From: the human T2T-CHM13v2.0 reference genome, Homo sapiens
NCBI RefSeq assembly: GCF_009914755.1
Contig: NC_060943.1
DNA length: 64,000 nucleotides
Strand: one strand, 5' to 3'
Below the pieces are notes generated by a model. That model saw only the letters and a program-made list of their open reading frames with translations, ran no database searches and was not told where the DNA came from. Position 1 is the stretch's first letter. Each line of letters begins with the position of its first letter. Below are positions 13,001 to 27,999 of the stretch, in pieces. A program made the translations under genes and the position numbers.

Positions 13001-16000
13001 AGTTGAACGATCCTTTACACAGAGCAGACTTGAAACACTCTTTTTGTGGAATTTGCAAGTGGAGATTTCAGCCGCTTTGAGGTCAATGGTAGAATAGGAA
13101 ATATCTTCCTATAGAAAATAGACAGAATGATTCTCAGAAACTCCTTTGTGATGTGTGCGTTCAACTCACAGAGTTTAACCTTTCTTTTCATAGAGCAGTT
13201 AGGAAACACTCTGTTTGTAAAGTCTGCAAGTGGATATTCAGACTTCTTTGAGGCCTTCGTTGGAAGCGGGATTTCTTCATATTCTGCTAGACAGAAGAAT
13301 TCTCAGTAACTGCCTTGTGTTGTGTGTATTCAACTCACAGAGTTGAACGATCCTTTACACAGAGCAGACTTGAAACACTCTTTTTGTGGAATTTGCAAGT
13401 GGAGATTTCAGCCGCTTTGAGGTCAATGGTAGAATAGGAAATATCTTCCTATAGAAACTAGACAGAATGATTCTCAGAAACTCCTTTGTGATGTGTGCGT
13501 TCAACTCACAGAGTTTACCCTTTCTTTTCATAGAGCAGTTAGGAAACACTCTGTTTGTAAAGTCTGCAAGTGGATATTCAGACATCCTTGAGGCTTTCGT
13601 TGGAAACGGGATTTCTTCATATTCTGCCAGAAAGAAGAATTCTCAGTAACTTCCTTGTGTTGTGTGTATTCAACTCACAGAGTTGAACGATCCTTTACAC
13701 AGAGCAGACTTGAAACACTCTTTTTGTGGAATTTGCAAGTGGAGATTTCAGCCGCTTTGAGGTCAATGGTAGAATAGGAAATATCTTCCTATAGAAACTA
13801 GACAGAATGATTCTCAGAAACTCCTTTGTGATGTGTGCGTTCAACTCACAGAGTTCAACCTTTCTTTTCACAGAGCAGTTGGGAAACACTCTGTTTGTAA
13901 AGTCTGCAAGTGGATATTCAGACTTCTTTGAGGCCTTCGTTGGAAGCGGGATTTCTTCATGTTCTGCTAGACAGAAGAATTCTCAGTAACTGCCTTGTGT
14001 TGTGTGTATTCAACTCACAGAGTTGAACGATCCTTTACACAGAGCAGACTTGAAACACTCCTTTTGTGGAATTTGCAAGTGGAGATTTCAGCCGCTTTGA
14101 GGTCAATGGTAGAATAGGAAATATCTTCCTATAGAAACTAGACAGAATGATTCTCAGAAACTCCTTTGTGATGTGTGCGTTCAACTCACAGAGTTTAACC
14201 TTTCTTTTCATAGAGCAGTTAGGAAACACTCTGTTTGTAAAGTCTGCAAGTGGATATTCAGACATCCTTGAGGCTTTCGTTGGAAACGGGATTTCTTCAT
14301 ATTCTGCTAGAAAGAAGAATTCTCAGTAACTTCCTTGTGTTGTGTGTATTCAACTCACAGAGTTGAACGATCCTTTACACAGAGCAGACTTGAAACACTC
14401 TTTTTGTGGAATTTGCAAGTGGAGATTTCAGCCGCTTTGAGGTCAATGGTAGAATAGGAAATATCTTCCTATAGAAACTAGACAGAATGATTCTCAGAAA
14501 CTCCTTTGTGATGTGTGCGTTCAACTCACAGAATTTAACCTTTCTGTTCATAGAGCAGTTAGGAAACACTCTGTTTGTAAAGTCTGCAAGTGGATATTCA
14601 GACATCCTTGAGGCTTTCGTTGGAAACGGGATTTCTTCATATTCTGCTAGAAAGAAGAATTCTCAGTAACTTCCTTGTGTTGTGTGTATTCAACTCACAG
14701 AGTTGAACGATCCTTTACACAGAGCAGACTTGAAACACTCTTTTTGTGGAATATGCAAGTGGAGATTTCAGCCGCTTTAGTTCAATGGTAGAATAGGAAA
14801 TATCTTCCTATAGAAACTAGACAGAATGATTCTCAGAAACTCCTTTGTGATGTGTGCGTTCAACTCACAGAGTTCAACCTTTCTTTTAATAGAGCAGTTG
14901 GGAAACACTCTGTTTGTAAAGTCTGCAAGTGGATATTCAGACTTCTTTGAGGCCTTCGTTGGAAGCGGGATTTCTTCATATTCTGCTAGACAGAAGAATT
15001 CTCAGTAACTTCCTTGTGTTGTGTGTATTCAACTCACAGAGTTGAACGATCCTTTACACAGAGCAGACTTGAAACACTCTTTTTGTGGAATTTGCAAGTG
15101 GAGATTTCAGCCGCTTTGAGGTCAATGGTAGAATAGGAAATATCTTCCTATAGAAACTAGACAGAATGATTCTCAGAAACTCCTTTGTGATGTGTGCGTT
15201 CAACTCACAGAGTTTAACCTTTCTTTTCATAGAGCAGTTAGGAAACACTCTGTTTGTAAAGTCTGGAAGTGGATATTCAGACATCCTTGAGGCTTTCGTT
15301 GGAAACGGGATTTCTTCATATTCTGCTAGAAAGAAGAATTCTCAGTAACTTCCTTGTGTTGTGTGTATTCAACTCACAGAGTTGAACGATCCTTTACACA
15401 GAGCAGACTTGAAACACTCTTTTTGTGGAATTTGCAAGTGGAGATTTCAGCCGCTTTAGTTCAATGGTAGAATAGGAAATATCTTCCTATAGAAACTAGA
15501 CAGAATGATTCTCAGAAACTCCTTTGTGATGTGTGCGTTCAACTCACAGAGTTCAACCTTTCTTTTAATAGAGCAGTTGGGAAACACTCTGTTTGTAAAG
15601 TCTGCAAGTGGATATTCAGACTTCTTTGAGGCCTTCGTTGGAAGCGGGATTTCTTCATATTCTGCTAGACAGAAGAATTCTCAGTAACTTCCTTGTGTTG
15701 TGTGTATTCAACTCACAGAGTTGAACGATCCTTTACACAGAGCAGACTTGAAACACTCTTTTTGTGGAATTTGCAAGTGGAGATTTCAGCCGCTTTGAGG
15801 TCAATGGTAGAATAGGAAATATCTTCCTATAGAAACTAGACAGAATGATTCTCAGAAACTCCTTTGTGATGTGTGCGTTCAACTCACAGAGTTTAACCTT
15901 TCTTTTCATAGAGCAGTTAGGAAACACTCTGTTTGTAAAGTCTGCAAGTGGATATTCAGACATCCTTGAGGCTTTCGTTGGAAACGGGATTTCTTCATAT

Positions 16001-19000
16001 TCTGCTAGAAAGAAGAATTCTCAGTAACTTCCTTGTGTTGTGTGTATTCAACTCACAGAGTTGAACGATCCTTTACACAGAGCAGACTTGAAACACTCTT
16101 TTTGTGGAATTTGCAAGTGGAGATTTCAGCCGCTTTGAGGTCAATGGTAGAATAGGAAATATCTTCCTATAGAAAATAGACAGAATGATTCTCAGAAACT
16201 CCTTTGTGATGTGTGCGTTCAACTCACAGAGTTTAACCTTTCTTTTCATAGAGCAGTTAGGAAACACTCTGTTTGTAAAGTCTGCAAGTGGATATTCAGA
16301 CCTCCTTGAGGCCTTCGTTGGAAACGGGATTTCTTCATATTATGGTAGACAGAAGAATTCTCAGTAACTTCCTTGTGTTGTGTGTATTCAACTCACAGAG
16401 TTGAACGATCCTTTACACAGAGCAGACTTGAAACACTCTTTTTGTGGAATTTGCAAGTGGAGATTTCAGCCGCTTTGAGGTCAATGGTAGAATAGGAAAT
16501 ATCTTCCTATAGAAAATAGACAGAAGGATTCTCAGAAACTCCTTTGTGATGTGTGCGTTCAACTCACAGAGTTTAACCTTTCTTTTCATAGAGCAGTTAG
16601 GAAACACTCTGTTTGTAAAGTCTGCAAGTGGATATTCAGACCTCCTTGAGGCCTTCGTTGGAAACGGGATTTCTTCATATTATGGTAGACAGAAGAATTC
16701 TCAGTAACTTCCTTGTGTTGTGTGTATTCAACTCACAGAGTTGAACGATCCTTTACACAGAGCAGACTTGAAACACTCTTTTTGTGGAATTTGCAAGTGG
16801 AGATTTCAGCCGCTTTGAGGTCAATGGTAGAATAGGAAATATCTTCCTATAGAAACTAGACAGAATGATTCTCAGAAACTCCTTTGTGATGTGTGCGTTC
16901 AACTCACAGAGTTCAACCTTTCTTTTCATAGAGCAGTTGGGAAACACTCTGTTTGTAAAGTCTGCAAGTGGATATTCAGACTTCTTTGAGGCCTTCGTTG
17001 GAAGCGGGATTTCTTCATGTTCTGCTAGACAGAAGAATTCTCAGTAACTGCCTTGTGTTGTGTGTATTCAACTCACAGAGTTGAACGATCCTTTACACAG
17101 AGCAGACTTGAAACACTCCTTTTGTGGAATTTGCAAGTGGAGATTTCAGCCGCTTTGAGGTCAATGGTAGAATAGGAAATATCTTCCTATAGAAACTAGA
17201 CAGAATGATTCTCAGAAACTCCTTTGTGATGTGTGCGTTCAACTCACAGAGTTTAACCTTTCTTTTCATAGAGCAGTTAGGAAACACTCTGTTTGTAAAG
17301 TCTGCAAGTGGATATTCAGACATCCTTGAGGCTTTCATTGGAAACGGGATTTCTTCATATTCTGCTAGAAAGAAGAATTCTCAGTAACTTCCTTGTGTTG
17401 TGTGTATTCAACTCACAGAGTTGAACGATCCTTTACACAGAGCAGACTTGAAACACTCTTTTTGTGGAATTTGCAAGTGGAGATTTCAGCCGCTTTGAGG
17501 TCAATGGTAGAATAGGAAATATCTTCCTATAGAAACTAGACAGAATGATTCTCAGAAACTCCTTTGTGATGTGTGCGTTCAACTCACAGAGTTTAACCTT
17601 TCTTTTCATAGAGCAGTTAGGAAACACTCTGTTTGTAAAGTCTGCAAGTGGATATTCAGACATCCTTGAGGCTTTCGTTGGAAACGGGATTTCTTCATAT
17701 TCTGCTAGAAAAAAGAATTCTCAGTAACTTCCTTGTGTTGTGTGTATTCAACTCACAGAGTTGAACGATCCTTTACACAGAGCAGACTTGAAACACTCTT
17801 TTTGTGGAATTTGCAAGTGGAGATTTCAGCCGCTTTGAGGTCAATGGTAGAATAGGAAATATCTTCCTATAGAAACTAGACAGAATGATTCTCAGAAACT
17901 CCTTTGTGATGTGTGCGTTCAACTCACAAAGTTTAACCTTTCTTTTCATAGAGCAGTTGGGAAACACTCTGTTTGTAAAGTCTGCAAGTGGATATTCAGA
18001 CATCCTTGAGGCTTTCGTTGGAAACGGGATTTCTTCATATTCTGCTAGAAAGAAGAATTCTCAGTAACTTCCTTGTGTTGTGTGTATTCAACTCACAGAG
18101 TTGAACGATCCTTTACACAGAGCAGACTTGAAACACTCTTTTTGTGGAATTTGCAAGTGGAGATTTCAGCCGCTTTGAGTTCAATGGTAGAATAGGAAAT
18201 ATCTTCCTATAGAAACTAGACAGAATGATTCTCAGAAACTCCTTTGTGATGTGTGCGTTCAACTCACAGAGTTCAACCTTTCTTTTCATAGAGCAGTTGG
18301 GAAACACTCTGTTTGTAAAGTCTGCAAGTGGATATTCAGACTTCTTTGAGGCCTTCGTTGGAAGCGGGATTTCTTCATGTTCTGCTAGACAGAAGAATTC
18401 TTAGAAACTTCCTTGTGTTGTGTGTTTTCAACTCACAGAGTTGAACGATCCTTTACACAGAGCAGACTTGAAACACTCCTTTTGTGGAATTTGCAAGTGG
18501 AGATTTCAGCCGCTTTGAGGTCAATGGTAGAATAGGTAATATCTTCCTATAGAAAGTAGACAGAATGATTCTCAGAAACTCCTTTGTGATGTGTGCGTTC
18601 AACTCACAGAGTTTAACCTTTCTTTTCATAGAGCAGTTAGGAAACACTCTGTTTGTAAAGTCTGCAAGTGGATATTCAGACCTCCTTGAGGCCTTCGTTG
18701 GAAACGGGATTTCTTCATATTCTGCTAGACAGAAGAATTCTCAGTAACTTCCTTGTGTTGTGTGTATTCAACTCACAGAGTTGAACGATCCTTTACACAG
18801 AGCAGACTTGAAACACTCTTTTTGTGGAATTTGCAAGTGGAGATTTCAGCCGCTTTGAGGTCAATGGTAGAATAGGAAATATCTTCCTATAGAAACTAGA
18901 CAGAATGATTCTCAGAAACTCCTTTGTGATGTGTGCGTTCAACTCACAGAGTTCAACCTTTCTTTTCATAGAGCAGTTAGGAAACACTCTGTTTGTAAAG

Positions 19001-20245
19001 TCTGCAAGTGGATATTCAGACATCCTTGAGGCTTTCGTTGGAAACGGGATTTCTTCATATTATGCTAGAAAGAAGAATTCTCAGTAACTTCCTTGTGTTG
19101 TGTGTATTCAACTCACAGAGTTGAACGATCCTTTACACAGAGCAGACTTGAAACACTCTTTTTGTGGAATTTGCAAGTGGAGATTTCAGCCGCTTTGAGG
19201 TCAATGGTAGAATAGGAAATATCTTCCTATAGAAACTAGACAGAATGATTCTCAGAAACTCCTTTGTGATGTGTGCGTTCAACTCACAGAGTTTAACCTT
19301 TCTTTTCATAGAGCAGTTGGGAAACACTCTGTTTGTAAAGTCTGCAAGTGGATATTCAGACATCCTTGAGGCTTTCGTTGGAAACGGGATTTCTTCATAT
19401 TCTGCTAGAAAGAAGAATTCTCAGTAACTTCCTTGTGTTGTGTGTATTCAACTCACAGAGTTGCACGATCCTTTACACAGAGCAGACTTGAAACACTCTT
19501 TTTGTGGAATTTGCAAGTGGAGATTTCAGCCGCTTTGAGTTCAATGGTAGAATAGGAAATATCTTCCTATAGAAACTAGACAGAATGATTCTCAGAAACT
19601 CCTTTGTGATGTGTGCGTTCAACTCGCAGAGTTCAACCTTTCCTTTCATAGAGCAGTTGGGAAACACTCTGTTTGTAAAGTCTGCAAGTGGATATTCAGA
19701 CTTCTTTGAGGCCTTCGTTGGAAGCGGGATTTCTTCATGTTCTGCTAGACAGAAGAATTCTCAGAAACTTCCTTGTGTTGTGTGTTTTCAACTCACAGAG
19801 TTGAACGATCCTTTACACAGAGCAGACTTGAAACACTCCTTTTGTGGAATTTGCAAGTGGAGATTTCAGCCGCTTTGAGGTCAATGGTAGAATAGGAAAT
19901 ATCTTCCTATAGAAACTAGACAGAATGATTCTGAGAAATCCTTTGTGATGTGTGCGTTCAACTCACAGAGTTTAACCTTTCTTTTCATAGAGCAGTTAGG
20001 AAACACTCTGTTTTTAAAGTCTTCAAGTGGATATTCAGACCTCCTTGAGGCCTTCGTTGGAAACGGGATTTCTTCATATTATGCTAGACAGAGGAATTCT
20101 CAGGAACTTCCTTGTGTTGTGTGTATTCAACTCACAGAGTTGAACGATCCTTTACACAGAGCAGACTTGAAACACTCTTTTTGTGGAATTTGCAAGTGGA
20201 GATTTCAGCCGCTTTGAGTTCAATGGTAGAATAGGAAATATCTTC
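4030..20245 (+). repeat. Direct duplication of a ~7-kb (~20-dimer) block with a 27-dimer period: ~4030-11070 and ~13205-20245 (offset 9175-9177)
   Basis: Both copies have the same order of dimer types and the same rare markers: GCCAG, TCTGTTC, two delta-G dimers, AAAATAG/TATGGT pair, TTCTTAG, GTTGCAC, and the divergent 339-bp dimer. Confidence 0.9.
10750..10930 (+). repeat. Divergent B monomer of a 339-bp dimer variant (first of 7 copies; others at ~19927, 22305, 27404, 35562, 37261, 45420)
   Basis: GATTCTGAGAAATCC (C>G plus a 1-bp deletion), GTTTTTAAAGTCTTCAAG, and CAGAGGAATTCTCAGGAAC, found together in all 7 copies. Confidence 0.92.
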
Positions 20246-22620
20246 CTATAGAAACTAGACAGAATGATTCTCAGAAACTCCTTTGTGATGTGTGCGTTCA
20301 ACTCACAGAGTTCAACCTTTCTTTTCATAGAGCAGTTGGGAAACACTCTGTTTGTAAAGTCTGCAAGTGGATATTCAGACTTCTTTGAGGCTTTCGTTGG
20401 AAACGGGATTTCTTCATATTCTGCTAGAAAGAAGAATTCTCAGTAACTTCCTTGTGTTGTGTGTATTCAACTCACAGAGTTGCACGATCCTTTACACAGA
20501 GCAGACTTGAAACACTCTTTTTGTGGAATTTGCAAGTGGAGATTTCAGCCGCTTTGAGTTCAATGGTAGAATAGGAAATATCTTCCTATAGAAACTAGAC
20601 AGAATGATTCTCAGAAACTCCTTTGTGATGTGTGCGTTCAACTCACAGAGTTCAACCTTTCTTTTCATAGAGCAGTTGGGAAACACTCTGTTTGTAAAGT
20701 CTGCAAGTGGATATTCAGACTTCTTTGAGGCCTTCGTTGGAAGCGGGATTTCTTCATGTTCTGCTAGACAGAAGAATTCTTAGAAACTTCCTTGTGTTGT
20801 GTGTTTTCAACTCACAGAGTTGAACGATCCTTTACACAGAGCAGACTTGAAACACTCCTTTTGTGGAATTTGCAAGTGGAGATTTCAGCCGCTTTGAGGT
20901 CAATGGTAGAATAGGAAATATCTTCCTATAGAAAGTAGACAGAATGATTCTCAGAAACTCCTTTGTGATGTGTGCGTTCAACTCACAGAGTTTAACCTTT
21001 CTTTTCATAGAGCAGTTAGGAAACACTCTGTTTGTAAAGTCTGCAAGTGGATATTCAGACCTCCTTGAGGCCTTCGTTGGAAACGGGTTTCTTCATATTC
21101 TGCTAGACAGAAGAATTCTCAGTAACTTCCTTGTGTTGTGTGTATTCAACTCACAGAGTTGAACGATCCTTTACACAGAGCAGACTTGAAACACTCTTTT
21201 TGTGGAATTTGCAAGTGGAGATTTCAGCCGCTTTGAGGTCAATGGTAGAATAGGAAATATCTTCCTATAGAAACTAGACAGAATGATTCTCAGAAACTCC
21301 TTTGTGATGTGTGCGTTCAACTCACAGAGTTCAACCTTTCTTTTCATAGAGCAGTTAGGAAACACTCTGTTTGTAAAGTCTGCAAGTGGATATTCAGACA
21401 TCCTTGAGGCTTTCGTTGGAAACGGGATTTCTTCATATTATGCTAGAAAGAAGAATTCTCAGTAACTTCCTTGTGTTGTGTGTATTCAACTCACAGAGTT
21501 GAACGATCCTTTACACAGAGCAGACTTGAAACACTCTTTTTGTGGAATTTGCAAGTGGAGATTTCAGCCGCTTTGAGGTCAATGGTAGAATAGGAAATAT
21601 CTTCCTATAGAAACTAGACAGAATGATTCTCAGAAACTCCTTTGTGATGTGTGCGTTCAACTCACAGAGTTTAACCTTTCTTTTCATAGAGCAGTTGGGA
21701 AACACTCTGTTTGTAAAGTCTGCAAGTGGATATTCAGACATCCTTGAGGCTTTCGTTGGAAACGGGATTTCTTCATATTCTGCTAGAAAGAAGAATTCTC
21801 AGTAACTTCCTTGTGTTGTGTGTATTCAACTCACAGAGTTGCACGATCCTTTACACAGAGCAGACTTGAAACACTCTTTTTGTGGAATTTGCAAGTGGAG
21901 ATTTCAGCCGCTTTGAGTTCAATGGTAGAATAGGAAATATCTTCCTATAGAAACTAGACAGAATGATTCTCAGAAACTCCTTTGTGATGTGTGCGTTCAA
22001 CTCGCAGAGTTCAACCTTTCCTTTCATAGAGCAGTTGGGAAACACTCTGTTTGTAAAGTCTGCAAGTGGATATTCAGACTTCTTTGAGGCCTTCGTTGGA
22101 AGCGGGATTTCTTCATGTTCTGCTAGACAGAAGAATTCTCAGAAACTTCCTTGTGTTGTGTGTTTTCAACTCACAGAGTTGAACGATCCTTTACACAGAG
22201 CAGACTTGAAACACTCCTTTTGTGGAATTTGCAAGTGGAGATTTCAGCCGCTTTGAGGTCAATGGTAGAATAGGAAATATCTTCCTATAGAAACTAGACA
22301 GAATGATTCTGAGAAATCCTTTGTGATGTGTGCGTTCAACTCACAGAGTTTAACCTTTCTTTTCATAGAGCAGTTAGGAAACACTCTGTTTTTAAAGTCT
22401 TCAAGTGGATATTCAGACCTCCTTGAGGCCTTCGTTGGAAACGGGATTTCTTCATATTATGCTAGACAGAGGAATTCTCAGGAACTTCCTTGTGTTGTGT
22501 GTATTCAACTCACAGAGTTGAACGATCCTTTACACAGAGCAGACTTGAAACACTCTTTTTGTGGAATTTGCAAGTGGAGATTTCAGCCGCTTTGAGTTCA
22601 ATGGTAGAATAGGAAATATC
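18110..22620 (+). repeat. 7-dimer tandem duplication (offset 2378-2379)
   Basis: Dimers at 18225-19925 repeat at 20604-22303. The private SNV CTCGCAG occurs at 19626 and 22004. Confidence 0.88.
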
Positions 22621-25600
22621 TTCCTATAGAAAGTACACAGAATGATTCTCAGAAACTGCTTTGTGATGTGTGCGTTCAACTCACAGAGTTCAACCTTTCT
22701 TTTCATAGAGCAGTTGGGAAACACTCTGTTTGTAAAGTCTGCAAGTGGATATTCAGACTTCTTTGAGGCCTTCGTTGGAAGCGGGATTTCTTCATATTCT
22801 GCTAGACAGAAGAATTCTCAGTAACTTCCTTGTGTTGTGTGTATTCAACTCACAGAGTTGAACGATCCTTTACACAGAGCAGACTTGAAACACTCTTTTT
22901 GTGGAATTTGCAAGTGGAGATTTCAGCCGCTTTGAGGTCAATGGTAGAATAGGAAATATCTTCCTATAGAAACTAGACAGAATGATTCTCAGAAACTCCT
23001 TTGTGATGTGTGCGTTCAACTCACAGAGTTCAAACTTTCTTTTCATAGAGCAGTTGGGAAACACTCTGTTTGTAAAGTCTGCAAGTGGATATTCAGACTT
23101 CTTTGAGGCCTTCGTTGGAAGCGGGATTTCTTCATGTTCTGCTAGACAGAAGAATTCTCAGAAACTTCCTTGTGTTGTGTGTTTTCAACTCACAGAGTTG
23201 AACGATCCTTTACACAGAGCAGACTTGAAACACTCCTTTTGTGGAATTTGCAAGTGGAGATTTCAGCCGCTTTGAGGTCAATGGTAGAATAGGAAATATC
23301 TTCCTATAGAAAGTAGACAGAATGATTCTCAGAAACTCCTTTGTGATGTGTGCGTTCAACTCACAGAGTTTAACCTTTCTTTTCATAGAGCAGTTAGGAA
23401 ACACTCTGTTTGTAAAGTCTGCAAGTGGATATTCAGACCTCCTTGAGGCCTTCGTTGGAAACGGGATTTCTTCATATTCTGCTAGACAGAAGAATTCTCA
23501 GTAACTTCCTTGTGTTGTGTGTATTCAACTCACAGAGTTGAACGATCCTTTACACAGAGCAGACTTGAAACACTCTTTTTGTGGAATTTGCAAGTGGAGA
23601 TTTCAGCCGCTTTGAGTTCAATGGTAGAATAGGAAATATCTTCCTATAGAAACTAGACAGAATGATTCTCAGAAACTCCTTTGTGATGTGTGCGTTCAAC
23701 TCACAGAGTTCAACCTTTCTTTTCATAGAGCAGTTGGGAAACACTCTGTTTGTAAAGTCTGCAAGTGGATATTCAGACTTCTTTGAGGCCTTCGTTGGAA
23801 GCGGGATTTCTTCATATTCTGCTAGACAGAAGAATTCTCAGTAACTGCCTTGTGTTGTGTGTATTCAACTCACAGAGTTGAACGATCCTTTACACAGAGC
23901 AGACTTGAAACACTCTTTTTGTGGAATTTGCAAGTGGAGATTTCAGCCGCTTTGAGGTCAATGGTAGAATAGGAAATATCTTCCTATAGAAACTAGACAG
24001 AATGATTCTCAGAAACTCCTTTGTGATGTGTGCGTTCAACTCACAGAGTTTAACCTTTCTTTTCATAGAGCAGTTAGGAAACACTCTGTTTGTAAAGTCT
24101 GCAAGTGGATATTCAGACCTCCTTGAGGCCTTCGTTGGAAACGGGATTTCTTCATATTATGGTAGACAGAAGAATTCTCAGTAACTTCCTTGTGTTGTGT
24201 GTATTCAACTCACAGAGTTGAACGATCCTTTACACAGAGCAGACTTGAAACACTCTTTTTGTGGAATTTGCAAGTGGAGATTTCAGCCGCTTTGAGGTCA
24301 ATGGTAGAATAGGAAATATCTTCCTATAGAAAATAGACAGAAGGATTCTCAGAAACTCCTTTGTGATGTGTGCGTTCAACTCACAGAGTTTAACCTTTCT
24401 TTTCATAGAGCAGTTAGGAAACACTCTGTTTGTAAAGTCTGCAAGTGGATATTCAGACCTCCTTGAGGCCTTCGTTGGAAACGGGATTTCTTCATATTAT
24501 GGTAGACAGAAGAATTCTCAGTAACTTCCTTGTGTTGTGTGTATTCAACTCACAGAGTTGAACGATCCTTTACACAGAGCAGACTTGAAACACTCTTTTT
24601 GTGGAATTTGCAAGTGGAGATTTCAGCCGCTTTGAGGTCAATGGTAGAATAGGAAATATCTTCCTATAGAAACTAGACAGAATGATTCTCAGAAACTCCT
24701 TTGTGATGTGTGCGTTCAACTCACAGAGTTCAACCTTTCTTTTCATAGAGCAGTTGGGAAACACTCTGTTTGTAAAGTCTGCAAGTGGATATTCAGACTT
24801 CTTTGAGGCCTTCGTTGGAAGCGGGATTTCTTCATGTTCTGCTAGACAGAAGAATTCTCAGTAACTGCCTTGTGTTGTGTGTATTCAACTCACAGAGTTG
24901 AACGATCCTTTACACAGAGCAGACTTGAAACACTCCTTTTGTGGAATTTGCAAGTGGAGATTTCAGCCGCTTTGAGGTCAATGGTAGAATAGGAAATATC
25001 TTCCTATAGAAACTAGACAGAATGATTCTCAGAAACTCCTTTGTGATGTGTGCGTTCAACTCACAGAGTTTAACCTTTCTTTTCATAGAGCAGTTAGGAA
25101 ACACTCTGTTTGTAAAGTCTGCAAGTGGATATACAGATATCCTTGAGGCTTTCGTTGGAAACGGGATTTCTTCATATTCTGCTAGAAAGAAGAATTCTCA
25201 GTAACTTCCTTGTGTTGTGTGTATTCAACTCACAGAGTTGAACGATCCTTTACACAGAGCAGACTTGAAACACTCTTTTTGTGGAATTTGCAAGTGGAGA
25301 TTTCAGCCGCTTTGAGGTCAATGGTAGAATAGGAAATATCTTCCTATAGAAACTAGACAGAATGATTCTCAGAAACTCCTTTGTGATGTGTGCGTTCAAC
25401 TCACAGAGTTTAACCTTTCTTTTCATAGAGCAGTTGGGAAACACTCTGTTTGTAAAGTCTGCAAGTGGATATTCAGACATCCTTGAGGCTTTCGTTGGAA
25501 ACGGGATTTCTTCATATTCTGCTAGAAAGAAGAATTCTCAGTAACTTCCTTGTGTTGTGTATATTCAACTCACAGAGTTGAACGATCCTTTACACAGAGC

Positions 25601-27999
25601 AGACTTGAAACACTCTTTTTGTGGAATTTGCAAGTGGAGATTTCAGCCGCTTTGAGTTCAATGGTAGAATAGGAAATATCTTCCTATAGAAACTAGACAG
25701 AATGATTCTCAGAAACTCCTTTGTGATGTGTGCGTTCAACTCACAGAGTTCAACCTTTCTTTTCATAGAGCAGTTGGGAAACACTCTGTTTGTAAAGTCT
25801 GCAAGTGGATATTCAGACTTCTTTGAGGCCTTCGTTGGAAGCGGGATTTCTTCATGTTCTGCTAGACAGAAGAATTCTTAGAAACTTCCTTGTGTTGTGT
25901 GTTTTCAACTCACAGAGTTGAACGATCCTTTACACAGAGCAGACTTGAAACACTCCTTTTGTGGAATTTGCAAGTGGAGATTTCAGCCGCTTTGAGGTCA
26001 ATGGTAGAATAGGAAATATCTTCCTATAGAAAGTAGACAGAATAATTCTCAGAAACTCCTTTGTGATGTGTGCGTTCAACTCACAGAGTTTAACCTTTCT
26101 TTTCATAGAGCAGTTAGGAAACACTCTGTTTGTAAAGTCTGCAAGTGGATATTCAGACCTCCTTGAGGCCTTCGTTGGAAACGGGATTTCTTCATATTCT
26201 GCTAGACAGAAGAATTCTCAGTAACTTCCTTGTGTTGTGTGTATTCAACTCACAGAGTTGAACGATCCTTTACACAGAGCAGACTTGAAACACTCTTTTT
26301 GTGGAATTTGCAAGTGGAGATTTCAGCCGCTTTGAGGTCAATGGTAGAATAGGAAATATCTTCCTATAGAAACTAGACAGAATGATTCTCAGAAACTCCT
26401 TTGTGATGTGTGCGTTCAACTCACAGAGTTCAACCTTTCTTTTCATAGAGCAGTTAGGAAACACTCTGTTTGTAAAGTCTGCAAGTGGATATTCAGACAT
26501 CCTTGAGGCTTTCGTTGGAAACGGGATTTCTTCATATTATGCTAGAAAGAAGAATTCTCAGTAACTTCCTTGTGTTGTGTGTATTCAACTCACAGAGTTG
26601 AACGATCCTTTACACAGAGCAGACTTGAAACACTCTTTTTGTGGAATTTGCAAGTGGAGATTTCAGCTGCTTTGAGGTCAATGGTAGAATAGGAAATATC
26701 TTCCTATAGAAACTAGACAGAATGATTCTCAGAAACTCCTTTGTGATGTGTGCGTTCAACTCACAGAGTTCAACCTTTCTTTTCATAGAGCAGTTGGGAA
26801 ACACTCTGTTTGTAAAGTCTGCAAGTGGATATTCAGACTTCTTTGAGGCCTTCGTTGGAAGCGGGATTTCTTCATGTTCTGCTAGACAGAAGAATTCTCA
26901 GAAACTTCCTTGTGTTGTGTGTTTTCAACTCACAGAGTTGAACGATCCTTTACACAGAGCAGACTTGAAACACTCCTTTTGTGGAATTTGCAAGTGGAGA
27001 TTTCAGCCGCTTTGAGGTCAATGGTAGAATAGGAAATATCTTCCTATAGAAAGTAGACAGAATGATTCTCAGAAACTCCTTTGTGATGTGTGCGTTCAAC
27101 TCACAGAGTTTAACCTTTCTTTTCATAGAGCAGTTAGGAAACACTCTGTTTGTAAAGTCTGCAAGTGGATATTCAGACCTCCTTGAGGCCTTCGTTGGAA
27201 GCGGGATTTCTTCATGTTCAGCTAGACAGAAGAATTCTCAGAAACTTCCTTGTGTTGTGTGTTTTCAACTCACAGAGTTGAACGATCCTTTACACAGAGC
27301 AGACTTGAAACACTCCTTTTGTGGAATTTGCAAGTGGAGATTTCAGCCGCTTTGAGGTCAATGGTAGAATAGGAAATATCTTCCTATAGAAACTAGACAG
27401 AATGATTCTGAGAAATCCTTTGTGATGTGTGCGTTCAACTCACAGAGTTTAACCTTTCTTTTCATAGAGCAGTTAGTAAACACTCTGTTTTTAAAGTCTT
27501 CAAGTGGATATTCAGACCTCCTTGAGGCCTTCGTTGGAAAAGGGATTTCTTCATATTATGCTAGACAGAGGAATTCTCAGGAACTTCCTTGTGTTGTGTG
27601 TATTCAACTCACAGAGTTGAACGATCCTTTACACAGAGCAGACTTGAAACACTCTTTTTGTGGAATTTGCAAGTGGAGATTTCAGCCGCTTTGAGTTCAA
27701 AGGTAGAATAGGAAATATCTTCCTATAGAAAGTACACAGAATGATTCTCAGAAACTGCTTTGTGATGTGTGCGTTCAACTCACAGAGTTCAACCTTTCTT
27801 TTCATAGAGCAGTTGGGAAACACTCTGTTTGTAAAGTCTGCAAGTGGATATTCAGACTTCTTTGAGGCCTTCGTTGGAAGCGGGATTTCTTCATATTCTG
27901 CTAGACAGAAGAATTCTCAGTAACTTCCTTGTGTTGTGTGTATTCAACTCACAGAGTTGAACGATCCCTTACACAGAGCAGATTTGAAACACTCTTTTT

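Noticed and set aside
21072-21090. Apparent broken CENP-B box CTTCGTTGGAAACGGGT
   Set aside because: The 1-bp deletion removes only the non-essential 17th base; all nine essential positions remain, so it was not counted as inactivated.
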